Source: Prasinococcaceae sp. CCMP 1430 (taxonomy: Eukaryota > Plantae > Prasinodermophyta). Taken from it: a stretch of 64,000 bases of DNA. Within the stretch, counting starts at the first letter, position 1; every line of letters starts with the position of its first letter. The notes beneath the pieces are model-generated. The model saw nothing but the letters and a program-made list of their open reading frames with translations, was not told where the DNA came from and ran no database searches. The stretch is from contig RQSC01000025.1 of NCBI GenBank assembly GCA_013416795.1, positions 62,001 through 126,000 of the forward strand, in the 5' to 3' direction. The position numbers and the translations under genes are program-made. This document shows, piece after piece, positions 1-10,078 of the stretch.

Positions 1-106
1 GGTACGAGCGCGCGCACGAGCGAGCGCGCATGCGAGCGCACCTGTGCGCGTCTGCTCGCTTGCGCCTCGTAGCGCTGACTCCCATGCATGCGCGCTCGCC
101 TTGCAG

Positions 107-433
107 TGCCGCACGTGGCCGTTCTGGGAGGAACTGCTGGTTGATGAGGCGACGTACGCATCAGAGGTGCAGCAGGTGTGCCCCGGCTCGAGCTTCGCGC
201 AAGGTGATGGCGGCGCACCGCTCGTGCCGCTCGCAAGCGTGTGTGCGCAACGCGACGAAACGCTCGCGTGGGAGGCAGCGCTCGATGCAGAGGGGGCGGC
301 TGCAGAGGCGCGTGATAGCGAGGGAGACCCGAACGGGCTTACCGCGGAGCCCTTGCCTCCACAGCTCCTCGCAGCGGCCGCTCTACCACTCGTGGCGGCG
401 CTCGCAGCTCTCTCGCTCTACGGCGGCGCTTAA
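107..433 (+). CDS. Last exon of a gene starting before the window; possible YkgJ-like cysteine-cluster protein C-terminus
   Basis: The window opens in an apparent intron (gtacgag...gctgac...ccttgcag, acceptor at 105-106). The exon reads CRTWPFWEEL...EVQQVCPG, resembling the YkgJ-family 'QCRTYPFW...CPG' motif. Stop at 433, TGTAA at 460-464. Confidence 0.4.
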   Translation, partial: CRTWPFWEELLVDEATYASEVQQVCPGSSFAQGDGGAPLVPLASVCAQRDETLAWEAALDAEGAAAEARDSEGDPNGLTAEPLPPQLLAAAALPLVAALAALSLYGGA

Positions 434-459
434 GACCCAATCGGATCGTTCTCCGAGGA

Positions 460-469
460 TGTAATTACA
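460..469. terminator. Back-to-back TGTAA polyadenylation signals (palindrome TGTAATTACA) between convergent genes
   Basis: TGTAA on + at 460-464 follows the stop at 433, and TGTAA on - at 469-465 follows the stop at 618. UGUAA is the established chlorophyte poly(A) signal. Confidence 0.6.
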
Positions 470-582
470 CGGGGTGCGAGGGAGCCCTTCCGCCGGCGCG
501 TGTCGCGTAGTGGCACCAGCGAACGCGCAGCGCCCGTGGGTAGCTACTACCCGCGCGCGCGCGGATTAGCTTGGCGCGCGCG

Positions 583-640
583 CGCTCAGGCGCTCGCTCG
601 CTCAGGCGCTCGCTCGCTCAGGCGCTGCTCGCTCGCGCTC
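583..640. repeat. Short tandem repeat, about 3 copies of a 16-nt unit (GCTCAGGCGCTCGCTC)
   Basis: Read directly: cgctcaggcgctcgctcgctcaggcgctcgctcgctcaggcgctgctcgctc. Confidence 0.8.
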
Positions 641-2457
641 GCAGGATCTCATCGGCGGGCGGGGCGGGCGGCGAGCCCAGACCAAGAGCGTCCCAACCCG
701 GCACGATGCTGAACAGCGCCTCGGCGGCGCTGATGGACCACGTCTCGTACTGCTGTGCGATGCGGCCCTGCGAGTCGAGTGTGTACGTTGTGTCCCCTGT
801 ATACGCGCGCACCTTGGCACGCCCCCATGGCAATCGTATGTCCCCTTCGAGGCGCCACTCAACAAAGACTTTCCCATCGTCGGTCACACTCGCACTTAGC
901 AAATCGAAGCGGCTGGTCGCCGGGTCGAAGAGCTGCGACACAACAGCAGTGTACTTCTCCCGCCCAATCACGTCCGTAGTGGGATCAATGAAGTGTGCTC
1001 CGGGGGCCACGAGCTCCTCTGGCAGGTCACCCGTTACATAGTACCGCCGGTTGACCAAGGCGTCCACAATGTTCTCCTTGGCAGCCACGAGCTGCTCGGG
1101 GCTCAGTGCCCCCACACCAGCACCGTCTGCGCCATCTGCGCGCGCCCGCGGCGCCCCAACGAGCCCCGCCGCGCTACCGGCTGCCGCCGTCGCTACGAGG
1201 CCCGCCAGGACGTCACGCCGTCCACTGGGTGCCGTAGCCTCGACCGCGGCCGCCTCGTCGCGCGGCTGCTGCTGCTCGCTGGCACCGTCATCATCACCCT
1301 CGTCACTGAGGCCGAAGTCGCGCAGCGTCCACTTGCCGAAATCCTCGGCGCGAATTGAGTTCGAGCCATGCTTCCCGTTCGGCAATGGCCACTCGTGCTG
1401 CGCCGACACTGTAAAATAGAAGAGCACCCGGCGCTTGTTGGAGCTGTTCTCGCGCCCGCAGTGCAGCAGGCGCGAGTCGAACACCGCCACGTCGCCGCAC
1501 TTCAGAGCTGACTCGCACGCGTCGTTTGAGGCGATGAAGCGCTCCTTGGCGCGCTGCGGGCTGTTCCATAGCTCGTGCGCCTGCGCGTGAACGCGCGAAG
1601 GTGCGCGCGCGGGGCGGGCTCATCGTTAGCGTGCATGTCGCGAGCGCGCGCGCTCCCAGCGCAGCACGCTCACGTGCAGAGCACTCGCGCGCTCGCATGA
1701 ACACACCCTCGGAGTGTGGGTCTTCGGCAGGAAGACCGTGTGCCCCATCCCGTCTTCCACATCCTGCAGAGCGATGAAGAAGGTGTACAGAGGCGCCATG
1801 CTGGCGTTTGGAAACTGCGGCGAGGGCACCACGATGGTATCAGCGTGCACGCACTGCCGCGGGGCACCCGGGTCGCTCACGAGCGTGCTCACTTCGTGCA
1901 GCAGCGCGTCGGCGCCAACGGCCTCCCGTAGCAGCGGCCCCAGGCGCGACACGGCCTCGCGCAGCGCGCGCTGCACGGTTGGGTTGCTGACGGGCAGCCA
2001 CATGTCCTGGAAAGGAAGAGCCGCGCGTCCAATGGCGCACACGCGCGCAGTTGCGCCAACGCGTTAGCGCGAGGGCGATGAGCATGTGAGCGCGCGCGCG
2101 TGCGCGCGTGCTCGCGAAGCACACCTGTCGGCGCCCGAATGTGCCCTGACCACGGCAGTTCACCTCTCCGAATGACTCGTCGAAGCCCACGTCGCCCGCC
2201 TCAACCTCACGCTTGGCCTCGTCAGAGAGCGCGTTGGCGTAGGCGAGCATCTCCGCAGCTGTCTCGGGCGTCAGCGCTCCTGGAATGCCAACGCAGCCCT
2301 GGCTCTCGAGCAGGCCGGCTAGCGCGGTGGGCTTCTCGGCCATTGTTTCTCGCGGACAAACGATAAGCGGTTTGACCCCGCCAGTCTTAGCGCCCACGAG
2401 CTCGCGCGCCTCCTTCTTCGCCAGCCGCTCGGCGTTGACCGCCGCCGCAGACTTCAT
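618..2457 (-). CDS. PhyH-type 2OG-Fe(II) dioxygenase fused in frame to a twin-arginine-like signal and an NTF2/SnoaL-like (DUF2358-like) domain; 3 exons
   Basis: Exons about 2457-2125, 2006-~1707 and 1580-618, with GT/AG boundaries. HxD motif (QCVHADT) and distal His (FDSRLLHCG). The C-terminal half (YYVTGDL...FIDPT...VEWRLEG...YTLDSQGRIAQQYETWSIS) resembles NTF2-like DUF2358. The 5' end is uncertain. Confidence 0.75.
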
Positions 2458-2827
2458 GAAGGACGCGCCGAGGCCAGCGCGCGCGCGCAAGCGCGCGGGC
2501 CGCGGCCGGGACCGCCCCTCCCCCCATCGCAGACACGCGCCCGCACGTGCCCCCCTCCCGATCGCGCTTTTCGGCCTCGGTTTTGGCGCCCCCGCCGCGC
2601 GGGGCGTTTTCGAACGCCACCAGCACACACGCACCAGCGCGCCGCCTCGCCTCGCGCGCCGCTACTGGCCGACTTATAACAATAAAACACATTACATTTA
2701 ACCACGGGAGACTCAAAGCGGCGGCGCGCGCGCGAGCGCGCGAGGCGGCGAGGGGGGCGGACTCGACGCAACGCGCATGCGAATCATCGTGATTTTTAAC
2801 CCTGTGTTGTTAACCCAAATAATGGGC

Positions 2828-2843
2828 AAACCCTAAACCCTAA
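2828..2843 (+). promoter_or_regulatory. Telo-box / interstitial plant telomere motif AAACCCTAAACCCTAA in the divergent PhyH-ArgRS spacer
   Basis: Two tandem AAACCCT units in an AT-rich island. Telo-boxes are known promoter elements of plant translation genes. Confidence 0.6.
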
Positions 2844-2889
2844 TAGTGTTCAGCCTTGCGGAGGGTGCTGTTGTGGCGGGGGTTGAAAA

Positions 2890-2915
2890 GGGGGGGGGGG
2901 GGGGGGGGGGGCCCA

Positions 2916-2967
<52 letters not shown>
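2890..2967 (+). repeat. Interrupted poly-G tract (about 78 nt)
   Basis: G runs interrupted only by 'ccca'. Similar homopolymer tracts lie at about 8040-8072 (C) and 54373-54411 (G). Confidence 0.85.
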
Positions 2968-3400
2968 CTGTGCCACGCGACACAGCCCCGCCCCAACCAC
3001 CCACGCGCGCACGCACGCCACACCGCAAGCGCGCCGCGCGCAGCACGCGCCCGCGGGCGCGCGCCAGAGGCTCTGGATAACACGACCCACATCGTGGCGC
3101 ATGCGGAAGGAGCGAACAAAAGAGGGGCAGGGCTCTCCAAACGCCTTTCGGAACCGCAGAATCGTCCATGCCCAGAAAAGCGATGTCGCGACCGGGAGAT
3201 GATCTATCATTTTAAGTGTTTTACGGTTTAAATTCACAGCACCTTCCCGCGATATTCCGCGCTTTGGGGGAGGTTCGGTCCCGCGCGCAGCCCAGCCGCC
3301 GCCGCGCCGGCGGCCGCGCGGGCGATCGAGCGATCGCGCGCGCCCCGGGAGAGCCCGCCCCCCTCCCATCCCCCTGGATAACCCCTCCCCGGCGGTCGCC

Positions 3401-5834
3401 ATGGGCGCCCCGCGCGACGCGGCCTTCGCGGCCGTGCCGCCGTTCTCGTCGCACGACCCGCTCGCCGAGCTGTGCGAGCGCGTCACTGCGGAGGTCGCCG
3501 ACTTCATCGCCGACAGGAACATCGAGGGCCTCGCCGAGGTGCCCAAGCTTCAGAAGAGCCGCGAGCTCGCAAAGGGCGACTTCGTCATGCTGTGGGCGCC
3601 CTACTGCTCCAGGAATAAGATCAAGCCGCAGGAGTTCACCGCTGAGCTCGCCAAGGACCTGCAGGTGCGCCGCGCGCTCGGCGCGCCGCGGTCGCCCACT
3701 GCGGGCGCCAACCCTAGCGGTGCAGCCCAGCGGCCAGTGGCGGCGGCGGCCGCCGCGAGCGCACGCAGCTATGGGTGCGCGCCATCGCCCGCGGCATGGC
3801 ACGCAGGCAAGCGCGCGTGATCGGTGACGGCCTCCAATTGCGAGCGCTTTGCGCCCTGCCAACGCCCTGCTGACCTCGCGCCGGCGCACCTCCGAACCCG
3901 CTATGGGCCCCCAGGCACATGTCGATGCTGCGGCCGCGGGCGGCGCGGCGCGCTTCGTGTGCAAGGTGGTGGGCGCCGGCCCCTACCTGAATCTGTTTGT
4001 CAACCGCGCGCTCGTGTACTACCTTACGGTGCAGCAGGTGCAGGCGCGCGCCGGAAAGTTCGGCCATGGTGAGGTGCACAAGGGCAAGAAGGTCATCATC
4101 GAGCACACCTCGTCGAACCCGAACGCGCCGCTGCACATCGGCAACCTGCGCAACGTGATGGTGGGCGCGCACATGGCCAAGATGATGTCGGCCGTGGGCT
4201 ACGACGTCAAGCAGCACTTCTACGTGAACGACCTCGGCGCGCAGATTGGCCTGACCGCGCTCGCGTACAGCCGCGTGTACCCGAAGCTCAAGCCCTCCCA
4301 GGGCGTGAAGCGCGACCACTGGATTGGGCAGATGTATGCTGTGATGAACACGTGCTCCGAGCTGCAGAAGGTAGGCGTTGACATTGGTCGCATCGCCGAC
4401 GCCGCGCACGAGTCGCAGGGCGCCGTGGATGAGGTCCAGGAGGCGGCGGTGAAGGCGCTCGAGGGTGACGAGAAGGCGCAGGGCAAGGTGAGGGAGTATG
4501 TGGACATCTTCATGGACCTGCGCTCGCGCTTCGGTGAGATGTTTGAGGTGACCTTGGACACCATGCGTCACGTGCCCAACATTCAGAAGACGTCGGCGGA
4601 GCTCAACCTCGCGTACGAGCGCCAGGAGCCGTGGGCAATCAAGATCTTCCGCAAGATGGTCACCGACTGCCTTTCTGGCGTGACGGAGACACTCAACACG
4701 TACGGCGTGCGCCACGACAGCTTCGACTTTGAGTCTGAGCTCGGCTGGGAGGGCTCGAACGACAAGGTGCTGGAGATCATCAGGTCGTCCCCGTACTACG
4801 TGCCGGAGACACAGTGCAACGAGGAGGGTGTGCCGCAGGGCTCCTACCTCAACATGACCAAATTCATCGCGGACCAGAAGCTGCCCACCGGCAAGAAGGG
4901 CTATCAGAAGGAGTACCCCAACTTCTACGTGCTGCGCCCCGACGGCTCGACGCTGTACACCTTCCGCGACGTGGTGTACTCCTTTAAGAAGGCGTCAAAG
5001 GCCGACATGATCCTCAACGTGATCGCGAGCGAGCAGAACCTGGCGCAGGAGAAGGTGGCACTTGCGATGTACATGGTGGGCGGAAAGCAGATGATCGGCC
5101 GCCAGACGCACCTGACGTACGACATCGTGCGGTTGCCGCACGGCAAGATGAGTGGCCGCCGCGGCCGTTACCTGCTAGCGGATGACCTGTACGAGGAGCT
5201 GAAGGACGTCATCAGGGGCGTGATGCGCGCGAAGTACGACGAAAAGGGCGGCATTGACGAGGCTACCTTCGACGCCGTGACGCACGAGGTGTCGTCGGCA
5301 TCGATGAAGTACGCTCTGCTGAGCGTGGGCGCGCGTGTGCAGGTGACCTTCGACATGAAGAAGGTGACTTCATTCGAGGACGCTTCCGCGCCCTTCATCC
5401 TGTACAACTCCACGCGCGTGGTGAGCCTCCTCAACAAGTTCGCCGAGCGCTCTGCCGCGGGAGATGCGCGCTGCCCGCCGCTGCCGCCAGTCGGCGAGTG
5501 CGACTACTCCACCCTGGACAACCAGGCGGAGTGGGAGCTGCTCATGGACTTTGTGCTGCCCTTCTACAGCATCATCGAGAGCAGCGCATGCCCAACGTTC
5601 CCGCAGCTGCCTGGCCTTCCTGAGTTCAAGACGCACGTCATGTGCGAATACCTGAACTCGTTCACGCGCCGCCTGTCGTCGTACTACAGGAGCGTGCGCA
5701 TCCTGCCGGGCGATGAGCCGGGCACGGGCGGAGGCGATGCCATGCACGCGCGCCTGCAGCTGTGCAAGGCCTTCAAGCAGTGCATCGATAACGGCCTCCG
5801 GCTGCTGATGATCGAGCCGCTAGAGAAGATGTAA
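3401..5834 (+). CDS. argS: Arginyl-tRNA synthetase with archaeal-type motifs; 2 exons
   Basis: Exon 1 is 3401-3664, intron 3665-3914 (gtgcgc...ccccag), exon 2 is 3915-5834. N-terminal GDF...GPYLN domain, HIGH region EHTSSNPNAPLHIGNLRN, LRPDGSTLYTFRD, KMSKS-equivalent GKMSGRRG and a C-terminal anticodon-binding domain. Confidence 0.92.
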
Positions 5835-5966
5835 GCGCTCGTAGGTCGGCGTGCGAGACGGCGGTGGGCGCCGCTCAAGTAGGGACATGTAATGATTGGT
5901 AAGTGAATGGTGATAGCACAGCGGCGATCACTGCCCCCCAGTTTAGAATCGAGCGCCGCGCGGCTC

Positions 5967-7037
5967 TCAGATCTGCTGCGCGACCACGACGGCCATGGTG
6001 CGATCCTTTTTGCTGAACTTGGCCCTCGTCGCCTCCACGTCGACTGCGAACGGCAGCGCCGCGCGCAGCGCACACTCACCCCCAACGTCGAGCGAGATGC
6101 CCGCATCGCTGACGTCCAACGCAACGTCCGCAGCAGATGTACATGCGGGCAGCGCTACCACCATCGCCGCACGGGCTTGGCCGAAGGCGCCAGCAGGCCG
6201 CGGCTCCCAACGATACTCGAGGATCGGCAGCTGCTGCACGGGCTCGCCAAGTTCAACCACCTGCTGCCGCGCGCGCGCCATTGACTCGCTGCCCTGCCGC
6301 CCTCCCTCCCGCTTCTGCGCTCCAGCGCCACTTTCAGCCTCCTCAGGGACGTCCCCGGGCCTTTCGAATGCTCTCGTCACAGCGGCGTTTGAGCTCTGCG
6401 ACTGCGGTACTCTACCCTTGTGGTCTTTCCTGTCCCAGTCGGCGCCTGCTCGCAGCAGCGTGCCGACAGCCTCGGCACTTCCAGAGCGCGCCGCGTCGTG
6501 CAGGGGGGTCGAGCCCTGCCTCGTCGCGGTGTTCACGTCAGCACCGCGCTCGATGAGAACGGCGAGCACGGCTGCGTGCCCCTGCTTGGCCGCGAGGTGC
6601 GCTGCAGTGAGTCCAAGCACGTCCTTCATGTCGACGTGCGCAACGAATCCCGCCCTGGGCGTTGCGGCGGGCGCAATGTGGACCTCGCCGTCCGCGCGCC
6701 AGTCGAGAAGCGCAGCGCACATGTGCGCATGGCCGGCGGCCGCAGCCCTGTGCAGGGGCGTTTGCCGGGCCTTATCCAATGCCGTGAGATCTGCTCTCGC
6801 GCGTAGGAGCACTTCGGCCACCTCGACGCGACCGGCCCACGCCGCCTCGTGCAGCGCCGCCCGCGCGTCCTTATTCTTCAGGTTGGCGTTGGCGCCCCCG
6901 CCGCCGTCTGCGCGCGGCTCTACCAGCCACGCGACAACCCCCGAATGCCCACCCCGCGCGGCTCGGTGCAGCATGGTGTCAAGTCCCTTTGGCTCGCGCT
7001 GGTTCACGTCGAGGCGCTGCTCGGCGACGTATCGCAC
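5967..7037 (-). CDS. Ankyrin-repeat protein with C-terminal CS/PIH1-like domain (5' end undefined)
   Basis: About 5 ankyrin repeats (TMLHRAARGGH, ALHEAAWAGR, TPLHRAAAAGH, TAAHLAAKQGH, TPLHDAARSG). The C-terminus (LPFAVDVEATRAKFSKKDRTMAV) is typical of CS domains. Confidence 0.8.
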   Translation of the reverse strand: MRYVAEQRLDVNQREPKGLDTMLHRAARGGHSGVVAWLVEPRADGGGGANANLKNKDARAALHEAAWAGRVEVAEVLLRARADLTALDKARQTPLHRAAAAGHAHMCAALLDWRADGEVHIAPAATPRAGFVAHVDMKDVLGLTAAHLAAKQGHAAVLAVLIERGADVNTATRQGSTPLHDAARSGSAEAVGTLLRAGADWDRKDHKGRVPQSQSSNAAVTRAFERPGDVPEEAESGAGAQKREGGRQGSESMARARQQVVELGEPVQQLPILEYRWEPRPAGAFGQARAAMVVALPACTSAADVALDVSDAGISLDVGGECALRAALPFAVDVEATRAKFSKKDRTMAVVVAQQI

Positions 7038-7426
7038 GACCTGCTTGAGCTGGCCCTCGGCCGCGGCGAGTGCTGGGCGAACGCGTGCCCGAGCTGCCGC
7101 CCGTCGCCGAGCGACGTCATGACGCGGGTGCGCGGCCGGCCCTGGCCACTCGCAGCTGCAGCTCCCTTATCACCTCCTCCTCCCTCCACCTCTTCACCAA
7201 GGAGGCCTTCGACGGCCCCACCCCCACCCGCCCACGGCCCCGCGCGCGCCCCGCCGCGGCCGCGCCGCTCTGTGGCCGCGCCGCACGCGCGCTCCTTTTC
7301 CTTCTGCTCTGCATACTCTTGCCGCCCGCCGCATGCCACTTGGCGCACCCGCGCCGCCGCGCGCGGGCGCCGCGCGGTGCCACTTGGGGAACCGCACGCG
7401 CGTGCCACCACCAGCATGTCCTGTAC

Positions 7427-7470
7427 TTAGGGTTTAGATTTTAGGGTAATGTTGCATATCTAGGGTTTAA
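7427..7470 (-). promoter_or_regulatory. Cluster of telo-box-like TAGGGT(TT) motifs in the divergent ankyrin-CDT2 spacer
   Basis: ttagggtttagattttagggtaatgttgcatatctagggtttaa contains three TAGGGT cores in an AT-rich island. Confidence 0.55.
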
Positions 7471-8176
7471 TATCATAATCAGAATGCACGATGGTACAGC
7501 GCCTTCCTCTGCGGTGGCGTGCCTCGATTCGTAGGTGTGCATTTCATCCTTTTTTTCCCTCCTGGCTTTTCCAGTTTCCGCGCCCTTTGTTTCTTTCCTT
7601 TCCTTTTTCCTTTTTTTTTTCCGGGCGCGTTCCCGTTTTCCCGCCGCGGGCGCGGTTCGAAAGCACGAAAGCGCGCGCGGGCGGAGCGAAAGCGAAAGCG
7701 AAAGCGAAAGCGCGCGCGCGTGCCGGGAAAGAAGGCCGGCGAGGGGCGGCGCGCGGCGGCGGCGGGGCGCGCGGGAGCGGCGGCGGCGCGCGCCCGGCGC
7801 TCTCCCAGCACTCGCGCGCGCTTTCGCGCGAGCGCGGCAGGGCGGCTGCGGACGCGCGGCGAGGTGGTGTGGTGTGGGGTGGGGTGGAGGGAGGTCGGGG
7901 TAGGGGGGTGAGAAATTGGCCGGGGCGAGTGAGGGCAGGAGAGGGTGGGAGTGGGGTGGGTAGCGCATCCCGTGGGCGCAGGCGTGTGACTACCGCGCTG
8001 CCCCTTCGCCGACTCGGCCTCTGCGCCTCTTCCCCGCAATCCCCCCCCCCCCCCCCCCCCCCCCACCCCCCACCCAAGCCAACCCGAGACCCGCGCAGCG
8101 GTAGGTCCGGGAGGGGGCTGGCGGCGACCGTGCGCTCTCGCGGTGAGCTCACCGCGCAAACACATCCTCCATCGAA

Positions 8177-8208
8177 ATGACGCCAGCTGCCATAGCTGCT
8201 GCCTTCGG

Positions 8209-8259
<51 letters not shown>

Positions 8260-10078
8260 GCTTGAGCGGCACATGACACTCGCGGCCGCACACGGCGGCG
8301 CGCACGCTCTTGCATCACCCTCGCTGCACCACAACCTCTTGCGGCGCGAACTCGGCGGCAGCGGATACGGGTACAGGTGCGGCGGTGGTGGCAGCGGCGC
8401 AGGCGGGAGCGCCTTCCGCCAGGCGCGTCGCGCGCTGCGTCCATCGGTGGAAGGCTTCGCCTGTGACGCGAAGCGTGCACCGGGTAGCGGAATCGTGCCC
8501 ATCGAGCCTCGCGGCACATTAGTGCCGCCTTTCGCGCTGCGCTTCGCCAGAACGGCGCCCTCGCTGCTCGCCATTGCAGATGAGGAAGGCTTCGTCACCG
8601 TGGTCGACACGAACAGGGCCTTGGGCGATGGCTCCACCGTGTACGGGGCGGCAGGGGCGGGGGTCGCGAGCGGGGAGATCCCCGCAATCCGATCGCAGTA
8701 CGAGTGCCACCACAACGCCGTCTTCGACGTCACGTGGCTTAGCTGTGACACGCGGCTGCTGACGGCATCGGGGGATCAGTCCGTGAAGCTTTGGGACGCT
8801 GAACGCTGCACGAGCCTGGGCCTTTTTAAGGGCCACAAGGGCAGCGTCAAGTCAGTGACCGTGCGCCCGTCCTGCGAGGACACGTTCGCGACTGGGTCGC
8901 GGGATGGTGAGATGATGCTTTGGGACATGCGAGCGCCCGCGCATACGTGCTCACGGTCGGCACGTCAGTACGTGCCGCCGGTGTCCAGGATTCGGGCCCA
9001 CCCGATGGCAGGAAAGTCGAGGCGGCGGCGGCGCGGTTCGCTCGCAAGCGACAGCCAGCAGAGCGTGACGCAAGTGATGTTCTTACGGGATGACTCCCTG
9101 CTGGCGTCTGCGGGTGCTGCAGATGGCACTGTCAAACTATGGGACGTGCGCTCGCTGAAGAAGCCCGTGGCTGCGCTTGGAGCTGCAAGCGAGTGGATAG
9201 GCGGCTCCGGAGGTGCTGCTGATGGCGACGCGAGCGTGGGCAACAACGCGCGGCTACACGGTGTGTGCTCTATGGCGCAAGACGACGGAGGCGGACGCAT
9301 GGTGGTGGCACGCGCAAATGACGCCTGCTACGTGTACGACGTGCTGCGCCCCGAGAACGGCCCCATCTCCAGGTACGCCGGTGCGAGTTTGCGCTCATTC
9401 TACATCAAGACCGACTTCGCCCCTGGCGGGTCGCATTTCGTTACCGGCTCTGCGGACAAGCGCGTGCATGTTTTTGAAGTGGACTCGCCAGAGGACGGGC
9501 CTTACACCCTGCAAGGACACACCTCCGAGGTCACTGCGGTGGCGTGGTGCCAGGCCGACGTAGGCAAGCTGGCGACAGCGGCGGATGATGGCACCGTGCG
9601 TGTATGGAGTCTTCAGCGCAACAACGAGGCGTGCGACGAACCGGACGGCATCGAGGACCCTCTGCGCTCTGCAGCCAAGCGCGGTGTGCTTGTAAAGCGC
9701 CACCGGCGAGCTATGTGTGCTGCAGCAAGAAGCATGCGTGGTGGCAGGCGAGTGTTTGGAGAGCCCACTCGTCTGGACTTCGCGGGGCTGATGGGTAGCC
9801 CCAGGGCCGCCACGGCTGCACCTGCTGACGGTCTTGCCAGCAATGTGGGCAATCCCCTCGCCTGCGCTACCGCTTCCGACGAAAATGTTGAAGGGGAGCT
9901 TGCCGCGCCGGCTGCTGCGTGGGCCGCGGCAGCCGGAGCCTCTGTCTCTGCAGCGTCGGTCGGGCTTCAAGTGGAAACGCCCATGCAGGGCGACAGGCGC
10001 TCGCCCTCGCCGAGTGGGACGTCCTCGAAGCGCGCACGCATTCAAACAGACATCGCCTCGTTCTTTCGCCGACCGTAG
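8177..10078 (+). CDS. CDT2: Denticleless/CDT2 WD40 substrate receptor of the CRL4 ubiquitin ligase
   Basis: HHNAVFDVTW, LLTASGDQSVKLWD, GHKGSVKSV, FATGSRDG and SFYIK motifs typical of Cdt2. N-terminal poly-Q (CAG run) and C-terminal PIP box QTDIASFF. Confidence 0.85.

Noticed and set aside
1581-2124. Introner-like repeated introns
   Set aside because: Introns across the window share only CG-rich low complexity and splice or branch motifs; I saw no extended identity between them.
2833-3546. Poly-Pro and poly-Gly ORFs across the G tract
   Set aside because: They are translations of a homopolymer in the divergent spacer and of the ArgRS antisense strand, with no recognisable domain.
3714-4715. 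Many long antisense or alternative-frame ORFs (also 21053-22786, 29978-32761, 58236-61352 and others)
   Set aside because: These are expected shadows of real genes in GC-rich DNA with strong GC3 bias, where stop codons are rare.
7427-7470. Telomere or chromosome-fusion junction
   Set aside because: Only 2-3 dispersed units occur per site, in promoter islands, which fits telo-boxes rather than a telomeric array.
8212-8258. CAG runs (also about 26633-26663 and 30345-30371) as a special system
   Set aside because: These are common poly-Q microsatellites in disordered N-termini.
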